Shown here one piece after another: positions 31,386 through 41,653 of a stretch of 64,000 nt of DNA; within the stretch, counting starts at the first letter, position 1, and every line of letters starts with the position of its first letter. Under the pieces are notes generated by a model. It searched no databases and was not told where the DNA came from. It saw only the letters and a list, made by a program, of their open reading frames with translations. A program made the position numbers and the translations under genes. The stretch is from a bacterium (GTDB lineage: Bacteria > UBA8248 > JACPRG01 > G963555815), in NCBI GenBank assembly GCA_965218795.1, contig OZ244653.1:896001-960000 (forward strand), read 5' to 3'.

Positions 31386-32285
31386 ATGACTTCTTCGATC
31401 CAAACGGCATACATCCTTGCGCTCCTGACGGCCTTCGGCTTCGCATCGTCGACGGCCGCGGTCCGCTACGGAATGCGCACGTCGAGCCCGCTGACCGCCA
31501 TCCTGACACTGGCCCTCGTCACCCTGGCCCTTTTCGGACCCGCCGCCGTGATGACGGCTCGCTCGCAGACGCTCGACCCGTGGGGAGTCTTGACGCTCAT
31601 CCTGGCGGGCATGGCGGCCCCGGGCCTGGCCGGAACCTGTCACTACATGGGTGTGCGGCGAATCGGACTTTCACGCTCGACTTCGATTGTCGGCTCCTCT
31701 CCCCTTGTGGTTGTGGTGATCGCCGTGCCCGCGCTGGGCGAGCGCCCATCGGCCTTGATCTTCTTCGGTACGTTTCTGATAGTGCTTGGGATCGTTTTCC
31801 TCTCGCATGGACGTAAATCGGCGACGCCGGAGGGGGGAAACCGGGCATTCTGGCGGGGGGCGGCCTTCGCCGGGATGGCGTCGCTCATGTTCGGGATCGC
31901 CGGGATTTTGCGGAAGGCCGGTATCACGCTCGTCCCCGCAATCAGTGTGGCTCTCTGCGCGTCGTCCATCGGGTCCCTGATCACCATTGCCGTCTGGCAG
32001 GCATTTGCGCCCAAGGTGGACCGCATCCAGTACGGCCGCAAGAATATCGGCTTCTTCCTTCTCAGCTCCACGTTGAATTGCATGGCCCACGTCGCCTACT
32101 ACAGCGCGCTGCAACGCGCGCCGATTTCCAGCGTCGCGCCCATTGCCTACACGACGCCGCTCTGGGCCCTGATCCTCTCCTGGCTGCTTTTCAGGGACCT
32201 GGAGCGCTTGAGCGGGCGGCTGGTCCTGGGGGCCATCCTGGTTGTCCTCGGGGCAGCGTTCGTGACGCTCTCACGGCCCGGATAA
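31386..32285 (+). CDS. DMT/EamA family transporter
   Basis: Ten-TM pattern; tandem paralog. Confidence 0.88.
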   Translation: MTSSIQTAYILALLTAFGFASSTAAVRYGMRTSSPLTAILTLALVTLALFGPAAVMTARSQTLDPWGVLTLILAGMAAPGLAGTCHYMGVRRIGLSRSTSIVGSSPLVVVVIAVPALGERPSALIFFGTFLIVLGIVFLSHGRKSATPEGGNRAFWRGAAFAGMASLMFGIAGILRKAGITLVPAISVALCASSIGSLITIAVWQAFAPKVDRIQYGRKNIGFFLLSSTLNCMAHVAYYSALQRAPISSVAPIAYTTPLWALILSWLLFRDLERLSGRLVLGAILVVLGAAFVTLSRPG

Positions 32286-32400
32286 TCGGATACGGATGGC
32301 GTGCCGGCCCGCTTGCCTGCTTCTCCATCGATCTCTATATTAGGCAGGTTTTGAGTCGAAACCGAGATTCCAATTTTCCAGGAAACATTCGAGACTCCCG

Positions 32401-34506
32401 TTGAGTGGATCGGCGAAAAACGGCTATCGCTACCGCCTCGGAGTGGACATCGGCGGGACTTTCACGGACGTGGTCCTGCTCGATCTGGAAGAGCGCGCCA
32501 ATTACGTCGGGAAGGTCCTGACCACCCCCGAATCACCGGCGGATGCGGTCATCGAAGGGCTCAAGAAGATACTCTCCGAGCATGGCGTCTCCCCTTCCGC
32601 CATCGATAGCCCCATTCACGGCACGACCCTCGTGACCAATGCCATCATCGAGCGCAAGGGCGCCAAGACTGCGCTCATTACAACCAAAGGCTTCCGCGAT
32701 TCGGTTGAAATCGGTACGGAGAGGCGATACGACCTGTTCGATATCTTCATGGAAAAACCCGCGCCGCTCGCGCCTCGGGCCCTTCGCCTGGAGGTCGCCG
32801 AGCGGCTGGATCCCGAAGGCAACGTTCTGACGCCGCTCGACGAAAATGAGGCGCGCCAGGCCCTCGAGAAACTGGCCGACATGGGAGTCGAGGCGGTCGC
32901 CGTTACCCTCTTGCATTCCTTCCTGAACCCGGTCCACGAGAGGCGGATGGAAGCGCTGCTCCGCGAGCAGGCGCCCGACATCGTAACGTCCATCTCCTCC
33001 GAGGTGACGCCGGAGATCCGGGAATTCCACCGGAGCTCAACGACCTTGGCGAACGCCTACGTACGGCCGATCATGCGGACGTATCTCGACCTGCTCTCCC
33101 GGCGCATTCTGGAAGAGGGCGTCGAACGGGATATGTACATCATGCTTTCCAACGGCGGAATCGCCACCGTGGATACGGCCAAGTCCTTCCCCATCCGCCT
33201 CATAGAATCGGGACCGGCGGCGGGCGCCATGGCGGCAGCCTATTACGGGCGGCAACTCGACATCCGGAACCTGATTTCTTTTGACATGGGCGGCACGACG
33301 GCCAAGACCTGTTTTGTCGAGGACGCGCGGCCCGCCACGGTGACGGAATTCGAAGTGGCCCGCGTCTATCAATTCAGAAAAGGCAGCGGGTTGCCGGTCA
33401 AGGTACCGGTGATCGACATGATTGAAATCGGCGCGGGAGGCGGAAGTATCGCCAGGGTCGACGAGATCGGCTTGTTGAAAGTCGGACCGGAAAGCTCGGG
33501 GGCCGACCCCGGCCCCGCCTGCTATGGCCGGGGCGGCAAGCAGCCCACGGTCACCGACGCCGACCTCCTCCTGGGTTATCTCAATCCGGAATTTTTCCTG
33601 GGCGGGGAGATGGATCTGGATCTGGACGCCGCCAATGTCTCGGTGGACCGCCTCGCCAAGACGCTGAACCTGGAACGAATCCAGACGGCCTGGGGGATCC
33701 ACGAGGTGGTCAATGAAAACATGGCCAACGCCGCCCGGATTCACGGTATCGAGAAGGGAAAAGACGTTCAGCGGTACGCGCTGATGGCCTTCGGGGGCGC
33801 GGGACCCATCCACGCGGCCCACGTCGCGGAAAAGCTTCGCATCGAGACGCTCATCGCCCCTGCCGGCGCGGGTACGTTATCGGCGTTCGGGATGCTGACG
33901 GCCCCTATCTCCTTTGATTTCGTCCGCACGAAGATCATGAAGCTCGACGACCTCGACCCCGACGTCCTGAATGCAATTTATGACGAACTGGAGGCCGAGG
34001 GCCGGGCCGTGCTGGACCGCTCGGGGGTGCCTGAGGATCGAATGACGTTCCGCCGGACGGCCGATATGCGCTACGAGGGGCAGGGGCATGAAATCATGGT
34101 CCCCTTGCGGTCCGGTGAAATGTCCGCCGAGACCGAGGAGGAGATCCGAAAAAGTTTTGAGGACGCCTACCGGGCGATTTACCAACGACTTGGGCCGAAC
34201 GTGCCCGTGGAGGCTCTGAACTGGCGACTCGTGGCTTCCGGGGAAACACCCGACCTGGACCTCCGGCCGACGGAGGCCGCCTCTCTCGCCGTTGAAGAGG
34301 CGAAGAAACCCTCCCGGTTGGTATACTTCCCGAGCTGGAAAGAGATGCGGGTGTGCGACATCTACGATCGCGCGCGTCTGACACCCGGCGCGGCCATTAC
34401 AGGCCCGGCCGTGGTCGAGGAATCCGAATCCACTGTGGTGGTCCCGCCCGGTTGGGACGCGCACGTGGATGAGTTCTGCAACTTGGCCCTTCAGAGGAAA
34501 GCATGA
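32401..34506 (+). CDS. Hydantoinase A/5-oxoprolinase family subunit (ATP-dependent lactam hydrolase)
   Basis: GVDIGGTFTD, HGTTLVTN, ESGPAAG, DMGGTT, IGAGGGS, GGAGP. Confidence 0.94.
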   Translation: MSGSAKNGYRYRLGVDIGGTFTDVVLLDLEERANYVGKVLTTPESPADAVIEGLKKILSEHGVSPSAIDSPIHGTTLVTNAIIERKGAKTALITTKGFRDSVEIGTERRYDLFDIFMEKPAPLAPRALRLEVAERLDPEGNVLTPLDENEARQALEKLADMGVEAVAVTLLHSFLNPVHERRMEALLREQAPDIVTSISSEVTPEIREFHRSSTTLANAYVRPIMRTYLDLLSRRILEEGVERDMYIMLSNGGIATVDTAKSFPIRLIESGPAAGAMAAAYYGRQLDIRNLISFDMGGTTAKTCFVEDARPATVTEFEVARVYQFRKGSGLPVKVPVIDMIEIGAGGGSIARVDEIGLLKVGPESSGADPGPACYGRGGKQPTVTDADLLLGYLNPEFFLGGEMDLDLDAANVSVDRLAKTLNLERIQTAWGIHEVVNENMANAARIHGIEKGKDVQRYALMAFGGAGPIHAAHVAEKLRIETLIAPAGAGTLSAFGMLTAPISFDFVRTKIMKLDDLDPDVLNAIYDELEAEGRAVLDRSGVPEDRMTFRRTADMRYEGQGHEIMVPLRSGEMSAETEEEIRKSFEDAYRAIYQRLGPNVPVEALNWRLVASGETPDLDLRPTEAASLAVEEAKKPSRLVYFPSWKEMRVCDIYDRARLTPGAAITGPAVVEESESTVVVPPGWDAHVDEFCNLALQRKA

Positions 34507-36206
34507 GCGGAGTCACGGCCGAGACCGATCCTATTCGCTTGGAGGTCATCTGGAATCGGCTCATATCGATTGTGGATGAGCAGGCGGTCACGCTGATGAA
34601 CGCCTCTTTCACGACGGTGGTCCGGGAGGCGGGCGATCTGTCGGCCGGACTGTTCGACACCAAGGGCCGGATGCTGGCCCAGGCCGCTACGGGAACGCCC
34701 GGGCACATCAATTCCATGGCCACTGCGGCCAAGCACTTCCTGAAGCACTTTCCCCTGGAGAGCTATCAGCCCGGAGACCACGTCATCACGAACGACGCCT
34801 GGATGGTCTCCGGCCACGTGAACGACGTTACGATTTTTACGCCGGTGTTCTTCAAGAACATACCGGTCGCCTTCTTCGCCTCCACGTGCCACACCTGCGA
34901 CTTCGGCGGCCGCCCGCTGGGGGCCGAAGCCCGCGACGTCTACGAAGAAGGGCTCGCCATCCCCATCATGAAGTACATCGAGGCGGGAGAGCCCAACCAT
35001 ATCCTGGAGACCATGATCCGCGCGAACGTCCGCATGCCCGACGAGGTGATCGGCGACATCTACGCGCAGATCTCGGCCAATGAGGTCGGCGGCCTGAAGT
35101 TGACGCAGTTCATGGACGAGGCGAGCATCGACTCCATCGACGAAATCGGCGAAATCATCCTGGAGCGTTCCGAGACCGCAATGCGCAATGCCATCCGAGA
35201 GATCCCGGACGGGGAATACACGGGCGTGGCCAACGCCGACGGATTCGACGATCCCATACGAATGCCCATCAAGCTCATCGTCAAGGACGGCGGCGTTCAT
35301 TGCGACTTCGCGGGGACATCCCCCCAGAGCCCCTGGGGGATCAACGTCGTCGAGAACTACACGTATGCCTATTGCGCCTATACAGTGAAGTGCGCCGTGG
35401 GAGCGTCAATCCCGAATAATGAGGGGAGCTTTCAGCCCATCACGATGGACGTCCCCGAGGGGTGCATCCTCAACCCGAAGCATCCGGCCCCCGTGGGCGC
35501 CCGCCATATTCTGGGTCACTTCGTGGCCGCGGCGGTCTTTGACGCCCTGGCCAAGGCGATTCCGGCCAAGGTGCTGGCCGAGGGTTCGACGGGGCTGTGG
35601 CTCACCCAACTCGCCGGAACGGATCGGAAGGGCAAGACCTTCAGCTATATCTTTTTCTCATCGGGAGGCATGGGCGCCCGGCCCACGTCGGACGGCCTCT
35701 CGGCCACGGCGTTTCCCAGCGGCGTGCAGGGAACACCCGTGGAAATCATGGAGAACGTCCTGCCCATCCTGATCACCAGAAAAGAGCTGAGGAACGACAC
35801 GGGCGGCCCGGGGAAATTCCGGGGCGGATTGGGACAGGCCATCGGGCTCAAGCCGATGACCGCCAAGCCGATCCACCACTCGCCCATGTACGATCGGTTC
35901 CACCACCAGGCCAAGGGAGCGGCCGGCGGAATGGACGGCGCGCTGGGCGGTCTCGTCCTCTCGACGGGCGACCATCTGCACTCGAAAAAGAAGTACGAAT
36001 TGTATCCCGAGCAGGAGGCCACGCTGAACCTGCCGGGCGGCGGCGGATTCTATCCCCCGGCCGAGCGTGACCCGGAATTGGTGCGCGAGGACGTTCTCAA
36101 CGATTACGTGACCCGCGAATCCGCGGAGCGATATTACGGCGTGGTATTGAACGACGATCTATCGATCAATCAGGAAGCCACGCAGAAAAAACGCGGTGAG
36201 AAATAG
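34503..36206 (+). CDS. Hydantoinase B/oxoprolinase family subunit
   Basis: GHVND, HTCDFGG, YEEG, GGPGKFRGGLG, PGGGG; overlaps the A-subunit stop. Confidence 0.94.
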   Translation: MSGVTAETDPIRLEVIWNRLISIVDEQAVTLMNASFTTVVREAGDLSAGLFDTKGRMLAQAATGTPGHINSMATAAKHFLKHFPLESYQPGDHVITNDAWMVSGHVNDVTIFTPVFFKNIPVAFFASTCHTCDFGGRPLGAEARDVYEEGLAIPIMKYIEAGEPNHILETMIRANVRMPDEVIGDIYAQISANEVGGLKLTQFMDEASIDSIDEIGEIILERSETAMRNAIREIPDGEYTGVANADGFDDPIRMPIKLIVKDGGVHCDFAGTSPQSPWGINVVENYTYAYCAYTVKCAVGASIPNNEGSFQPITMDVPEGCILNPKHPAPVGARHILGHFVAAAVFDALAKAIPAKVLAEGSTGLWLTQLAGTDRKGKTFSYIFFSSGGMGARPTSDGLSATAFPSGVQGTPVEIMENVLPILITRKELRNDTGGPGKFRGGLGQAIGLKPMTAKPIHHSPMYDRFHHQAKGAAGGMDGALGGLVLSTGDHLHSKKKYELYPEQEATLNLPGGGGFYPPAERDPELVREDVLNDYVTRESAERYYGVVLNDDLSINQEATQKKRGEK

Positions 36207-36447
36207 CCGTCTCCATCCCCCCTTCCCTCTTCGCTTTCCTCATACCTTCATCTGCGCCTGCCATTCAGAACGGGGGCCGCAAGAAGTTGACGGACATGTG
36301 GGGCAAGGCGCTGCGGTCGCTGTACCGTGGGGCGCGGGATTCAGGATCGATCACGGAACGAAACACCACTCAGGCGGTTCTCATCGCGAAGGTTCACCTT
36401 CTCGCCGATCAGACCCTTCCCACTCCCAAGACATTCACCACGGCCTC

Positions 36448-37827
36448 TTAACACCAGTCCGGGAGGAACTTGCTCAAGTCGATCCCTTCCTCTCCCGGGA
36501 CGCGTACTTCGTCCGGATAGCCTTCCTTCCGCGTGGCGTCGATGCCCGTCTTGGTGACAAGGTGAGAGCCCGCGGCGGGGTCGTAAGAGGTCGTGTCCAA
36601 CGGTGATCCTTTCGCATAGGTTGCCATGAAGATGTCCCGGTCCGCCCTCACGCGCGTGGCGATGGCGTGCATGACGTCGCTGTCGTCGGTGATGTCCACG
36701 TCGTCGTCCACGACAACCACGAACTTCAGGAACGGGTCTGCAATGAATGCGGCCATGGCCGCATTCTTGGCCTCCCCTTCGATCATCTTCTCGATCGCCA
36801 CGTAGCAGACGAATCGGCACCTTCCGGACGGCGGCATATGGACGGTCCGGGCGGTCGGGCAAGCGGTCTTTACGGTCTTCAGAATGAACGTCGAGCGCGT
36901 CACGCCCGCCATGAGCAGGTGGTCCGGGTGGGCGGGGAACGCGTCCTCGTAGAGCGGATCCTTCCGCATCGTCATGCATTTCACCTTCACGACCGGACTC
37001 ATGCGCTCCGGCCCATACGTTCCCGGGAACTCTCCGAACGGGGCCTCCCGCTCCCGGATATGGGGCAGGATCTCCCCCTCCAGGATGATCTCCGACCTTG
37101 CCGGAACGTCCAGCGGGAGAGTCTCGCACGGAACCAGCTCCAACGGCTCCCGAAGGATGCCGCCGGCCACGTGAAACTCGTCCGTGTCGTGCGGCGTGAA
37201 GCTCATGCATCCGAGGAACATCCCCGGATGGTGACCGATGACGACGGCGATGGGAGCCGGCAGTCCCCGATCTTCGTAGTACCGGCAGATGGGAAAGGCA
37301 TGGGAGGTCTGTGAGACGAGGATGCCGAGGCGGTCTCTCCCCTGCTTCATGAGCCGGTAGATCCCGACATTGTTGATCCCGGATTCGGGGTCTCGCGTGA
37401 CGCCAAGACCGGCCGTGATGTAAGGTCCGGCATCCTGTTCGTGGTACGTGGGGATGGGCAGCAACCCCAGGTCCACGTCTTCGTCGCGGAGGATGACCTC
37501 CTTGACCGGACCGGTCTTCACCTTCTTCGGCTCGATGGGTTCGCTTTCCCTCTCCCCGTAGACCCTCAACAGTTCGCTCAGATCGCCTTCCTTCACGCCC
37601 AGTGCGAGTTTCAGCCGGGTCAGATTCCCGTGGATATTGGCGGCGAGGGGGATCCCGGACCCTTTGATGCTTTCGAAGATCACCGCGGCATCCCGCCCCG
37701 CTTTTTCCAATCGCCCCCGGATCCCGGCCAGCTCGAATACCGGGTCGACAGGCTCTCGGATGCGGAGGACTTCCTGCGGGTATCGCTCTTCCAGAAACTT
37801 GATGAATTCGCGGAGGTCCTTGGGCAT
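36448..37827 (-). CDS. hmfF: UbiD-family prFMN decarboxylase, HmfF (2,5-furandicarboxylate decarboxylase)-like
   Basis: DAGPYITAG, GIYR, EAPFGEFPG, VVDDDVD, LD.T, KTGIDAT; His/Arg/Arg triad (DHLL..TR..GRCR); adjacent to hmfDEABC. Confidence 0.8.
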   Translation of the reverse strand: MPKDLREFIKFLEERYPQEVLRIREPVDPVFELAGIRGRLEKAGRDAAVIFESIKGSGIPLAANIHGNLTRLKLALGVKEGDLSELLRVYGERESEPIEPKKVKTGPVKEVILRDEDVDLGLLPIPTYHEQDAGPYITAGLGVTRDPESGINNVGIYRLMKQGRDRLGILVSQTSHAFPICRYYEDRGLPAPIAVVIGHHPGMFLGCMSFTPHDTDEFHVAGGILREPLELVPCETLPLDVPARSEIILEGEILPHIREREAPFGEFPGTYGPERMSPVVKVKCMTMRKDPLYEDAFPAHPDHLLMAGVTRSTFILKTVKTACPTARTVHMPPSGRCRFVCYVAIEKMIEGEAKNAAMAAFIADPFLKFVVVVDDDVDITDDSDVMHAIATRVRADRDIFMATYAKGSPLDTTSYDPAAGSHLVTKTGIDATRKEGYPDEVRVPGEEGIDLSKFLPDWC

Positions 37828-37848
37828 CTTTCGGTTACTCTTTCGGGA

Positions 37849-38706
37849 CTATCGCGCCGGTTTTTCGGTGATATCGAGGATCCGCGAGGCGTTGCCGCCG
37901 AGAATCTTTCGGACTGTCTCGTCCTTCAACCCCAAATTTCGGATGGTCTCGATGTTCTGGGCCATGGTCTTCGGAATGGCCGGCCAATCCGAGCCGAAGA
38001 TGAACTTGTCCGGAAGGCGCTCCAGTTCGGGGAACAGCTTGAGGAGATTCTTCAGGGCGATTCCGCAGATGTCGATGTGCATATTCTCGTGCAGCCGGCA
38101 AAGCGTGAACGCCCGGTCGTACCAGAAAGTCCGGCCGCCGTGGCACTGGAGGATCGTCAGGTCGGGGAAATCCACCGCCAGGTCGTCCAGGTGGAGCGGG
38201 TCGCCGTATTTCAGCCGGGGCCCTGCGAGGATGGAGGTGCCGGTATGAAACATGACGGGAATGCCCAGACCTTCCGCCACGGAATAGACGGGATAGAGCA
38301 TCCGGTCGTTCGGATAGAAATACTGGTAATTGGGATACAGCTTGAGGCCTCTGAGACCCCCCTTCTCCGCCAGGTCGCGGACAATCCTGGCGGGACGGTG
38401 GTCCAGATAAGGGTTGACCGAGCCGAATGGAATGAGCCGGTCCGAGGCGGAGCAATACTCGATGATCCGCTCGTTGGTCGCCATGCCCGCCGAGATGGGC
38501 GAGGTTTCCGCAAGCACCACGGCATAATCGACGCCATTCTCATCCAGGACACCGAGAAAACCTTCGGGAGAACCGTATCGCTCGAGTAACCGCTCATAGG
38601 GCATGTTGGTCATCTGAACCATGAGGTCCTGATAGACTTGGTTTATATCCGAATACTTGATGATGTGGACGTGGAAATCGATGATCAGCTCGTTTGTATC
38701 GGACAT
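37849..38706 (-). CDS. Amidohydrolase_2 family metallo-hydrolase
   Basis: IDFHVH, GLKLYP, FHTG, CHGG, FGSDWP. Confidence 0.88.
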   Translation of the reverse strand: MSDTNELIIDFHVHIIKYSDINQVYQDLMVQMTNMPYERLLERYGSPEGFLGVLDENGVDYAVVLAETSPISAGMATNERIIEYCSASDRLIPFGSVNPYLDHRPARIVRDLAEKGGLRGLKLYPNYQYFYPNDRMLYPVYSVAEGLGIPVMFHTGTSILAGPRLKYGDPLHLDDLAVDFPDLTILQCHGGRTFWYDRAFTLCRLHENMHIDICGIALKNLLKLFPELERLPDKFIFGSDWPAIPKTMAQNIETIRNLGLKDETVRKILGGNASRILDITEKPAR

Positions 38707-38766
38707 GAACGTGAAGGCCCCAAAAACGTTGTACGCGGCGAATCAATATTCGAACCAGACAGGCGG

Positions 38767-38861
38767 ACCCTAGCAACTCCAGCCAGCAGGTGTCAACGGA
38801 CCGCAATCCTGTCCGGGCTACTCGACACGGGTTTGGTCCAGGTCGTCGGCTTTGATAACAT
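38767..38861. promoter_or_regulatory. Candidate divergent sigma70 promoters
   Basis: Minus strand TTGACA-N18-TAGGGT with TG (38796-38767); plus strand TTGGTC-N17-TAACAT with TG (38833-38861). Confidence 0.35.
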
Positions 38862-38930
38862 CCCCATCGAGCTTTGTCCGGCCCAGCCCCCAGAGACTTC
38901 AAATCATGATCCATCCTTTGTGATCCGACC

Positions 38931-40478
38931 ATGGACCTGATCCAAAGACTCGAGCTTTCGGTTCTGCGGCACCCGGACAACGAATTTCTGGTGGACGGGC
39001 GGATCCACCTGACATTCGCAGAATGGGAGAAACGCGTCAACCGCGCGGCCCGGGCTTATCGCTCCCTCGGCGTCGGGCGCGGAGACCACGTCGTCCTGGC
39101 CCTGCGAAACCGCGAGGAGCTCATCACGTCCTGGTACGGCCTGATGAAGCTCGGCGCCATCGCCACCCCCGTCAACCACCGGTTCAGCCCGGGAGAGATC
39201 GCCTACGTCGCCGGCGATGCCGGCGCCAAGGTCTTCGTGTATGAGCATGCCTCCCGGCAATCGGTCGGGAGCGCATCGGGAGATCTCCCCAAAGGTTGCC
39301 GGAAGGTCTACTGCGACGAGGACATTCCAGGAGGATGCGATCCTTTTTCGGGCCTCATGGAGTCCCAGGAAGAGGGCTGGATCGGAGAAACGCCGGCCGA
39401 AGACCTGCCCTGCCTGATGTTGTACACCTCCGGGACGACCGGCCGCCCGAAAGGGGTCCCCCGCCTCCAGCGGGCGCAGGATGCGAGCGCCTTGGCCCAT
39501 GCCATCCAATGCGGCTATCCCCCCGGCGACCGGACCTTGGGCGTGATGCCGCTCTATCACGTCATGGGCGTCGTTTCGCTGATGACCACGGTCATGCTCA
39601 ACGGCGCCTTCATCGTCATGCCCGCGTTTGAGGCCGAAGCGGCAGTTGAGCTGATGGAAAGAGAACGGCTTACGTCCCTGTATCTCATTCCCACTCTCTT
39701 TCACGAACTCCTGAGGGCCGGAAACATCGACGATCTCGACCTTTCCAGCGTCCGCCGCCTGGCCTTTGCGGGAGCGCCGATGACCCGGTCCCTGGTCGAA
39801 GACCTGGTCGAGCGCTTCAACCCTGAAATCTTCACGAATCACTACGGAAGCACCGAGATCTATACCTTCTCGATCAACCAAAACCTCAGGGGAAAGCCAT
39901 CCTCCGCGGGAAGGCCCGGAATCGGCTCGGAACTGCGGCTTGTGCGCGCGGACCCGGAGGAGCGCGTCTCACCGGATGAAGTTGTTCCCCGTGGCAAGGT
40001 CGGCGAGATCATTGCCGCCCTCAGGAGCGAGGAAGCCTTCGGAGGATATTGGCGGCGGCCCGACGCGGACGAGAAGGCGCTCCGGGAAGGATGGTACTTC
40101 ACAGGCGACATGGGCTATGAGGACCCGGACGGAGACATTTTCGTTACGGGGCGCGTCGATGACATGATTATCTCCGGCGGGGAGAATATCTACCCGACCG
40201 AGGTGGAAGACGTGCTCGCCCGGCACCCGGATGTCGTGGAATCAGCGGTGATCGGCGTCGAGGATCCAAAATGGGGACAGGTGGTGACGGCCTTCGTCGT
40301 TCCGGCAGGGGGCGGCCTCACGACCCGAGACATCGACGAGCACTGCAAGGCCCAATCCGATTTTTCCGATTTTAAGCGGCCGAGGGAGATCGTATTCATC
40401 AAGAAGGTTCCCCGGACGGCCTCCGGGAAAATCCTTCGCCGAATCCTGCGGGCCGGCGAGTATGAGGAGTACTCGTAA
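38931..40478 (+). CDS. hmfD: 2-furoate--CoA ligase-like
   Basis: LYTSGTTGRPKGVPR, RTLGVMPLYH.MG, LYLIPTL, F.NHYGS.E.YTFS, EAF.GYW.RPDA, DDMIISGGENI resemble HmfD as I recall it; cluster context agrees. Confidence 0.82.
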   Translation: MDLIQRLELSVLRHPDNEFLVDGRIHLTFAEWEKRVNRAARAYRSLGVGRGDHVVLALRNREELITSWYGLMKLGAIATPVNHRFSPGEIAYVAGDAGAKVFVYEHASRQSVGSASGDLPKGCRKVYCDEDIPGGCDPFSGLMESQEEGWIGETPAEDLPCLMLYTSGTTGRPKGVPRLQRAQDASALAHAIQCGYPPGDRTLGVMPLYHVMGVVSLMTTVMLNGAFIVMPAFEAEAAVELMERERLTSLYLIPTLFHELLRAGNIDDLDLSSVRRLAFAGAPMTRSLVEDLVERFNPEIFTNHYGSTEIYTFSINQNLRGKPSSAGRPGIGSELRLVRADPEERVSPDEVVPRGKVGEIIAALRSEEAFGGYWRRPDADEKALREGWYFTGDMGYEDPDGDIFVTGRVDDMIISGGENIYPTEVEDVLARHPDVVESAVIGVEDPKWGQVVTAFVVPAGGGLTTRDIDEHCKAQSDFSDFKRPREIVFIKKVPRTASGKILRRILRAGEYEEYS

Positions 40479-40631
40479 GATCGACCGGCAGAAAGCGCCG
40501 GGCTGGCGATATGGCGCTCACTGAGGAATCCGTTCAGGCCGTTCCGCCGCCGAGATGGCACGAGTCGGTTCCTCACGGTGTTCGAGAGGACAGAATCATA
40601 GAAGTTGCCGGAAACCGGACGGAGACGTTGA

Positions 40632-41405
40632 ATGGGACAAATCAGAGTGGAGCGCACCCACGAAGGAAAGGCCGCCACGGTCATCATCGATCGCGTGGAC
40701 AAGATGAACGCCCTGTCTGTCGCCATGCGCGCCGCCTATGGCGTCGCCATCCACGAGTTGGGGGAGGATCAGGAGGTCCGCGTGATCGTCGTTCAAGGCG
40801 CGGGCGAGAAGGCCTTCTCCGCGGGCGGCGACGTTGCCCAGTTTCTCGACCTGGAGCCCCACGAATTGGTGGATTGGGGGAAGGAGATGGAGAACGCGGA
40901 GGCCTGTCCGAAGCCGGTGGTCGCTGCGATTGACGGGTTTTGCCTCGGAGCCGGATTCGAACTCGCCCTGGCCTGCGATATCCGAATTGCGACGGTGCAG
41001 TCCCAGTTCGGGCTCCCGGAAGTCCGCCTGGGCATGATGCCCGGGAGCGGAGGAAGCCAGCGGCTGATGCGTCTCATCGGAATCGGCCGGACCAAGCATT
41101 GGCTGCTCACCGGAAGGCGGATGAGCGCTTCGGAAGCCGAGCGGTTCGGTGTGGTCACACAGGTCGTTCCTGACAAGGAAGGGTTGGAGAGTGCGATCGA
41201 AGAGCTCAAGCAGGAGTTCCTCAAACTGTCCCCCCTGTCGCTTCGCGTCCTCAAGCGGACCCTCCATGAGGGCGCGAACGTTCCATTGGAAACCGCCCTG
41301 GAGCTGGAACGAAAGGCTTACGCCTATCTGCGCTCAACACGTGACTATGAGGAGGGCGTCAAATCCTTCATCGAAAAGCGGCCGCCCAAATACGAGGGTC
41401 GGTGA
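40632..41405 (+). CDS. hmfE: Crotonase-family hydrolase, 2-oxoglutaroyl-CoA hydrolase-like
   Basis: FSAGGD, GFELALACD, PGSGGS.RL..IGIGRTK, LELE..AY..LRS..D.EEGV; lies between hmfD and hmfA. Confidence 0.78.
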   Translation: MGQIRVERTHEGKAATVIIDRVDKMNALSVAMRAAYGVAIHELGEDQEVRVIVVQGAGEKAFSAGGDVAQFLDLEPHELVDWGKEMENAEACPKPVVAAIDGFCLGAGFELALACDIRIATVQSQFGLPEVRLGMMPGSGGSQRLMRLIGIGRTKHWLLTGRRMSASEAERFGVVTQVVPDKEGLESAIEELKQEFLKLSPLSLRVLKRTLHEGANVPLETALELERKAYAYLRSTRDYEEGVKSFIEKRPPKYEGR

Positions 41406-41653
41406 ACCCTTGTGGTTCGTCTAAGCGGCCATTTTCTCATTGAAAACGGGACATGCAGTGTCACCCCGCTTCCCGGCGAGACTTTCATCGTAGGAATGAT
41501 TCCGATCAGGGTCTGGAAATTGGTTTCTCCTGGAATATCTGTTAACGTAATGCGCTAATCGAAGATGACTGAACCCTTTGGATGAAGGGCCCCGGCCTTT
41601 CCCTTTTCGCTTGCCCGAAAACGCCCACGCCCAGGGACGTCCAGGAGGCCGGC

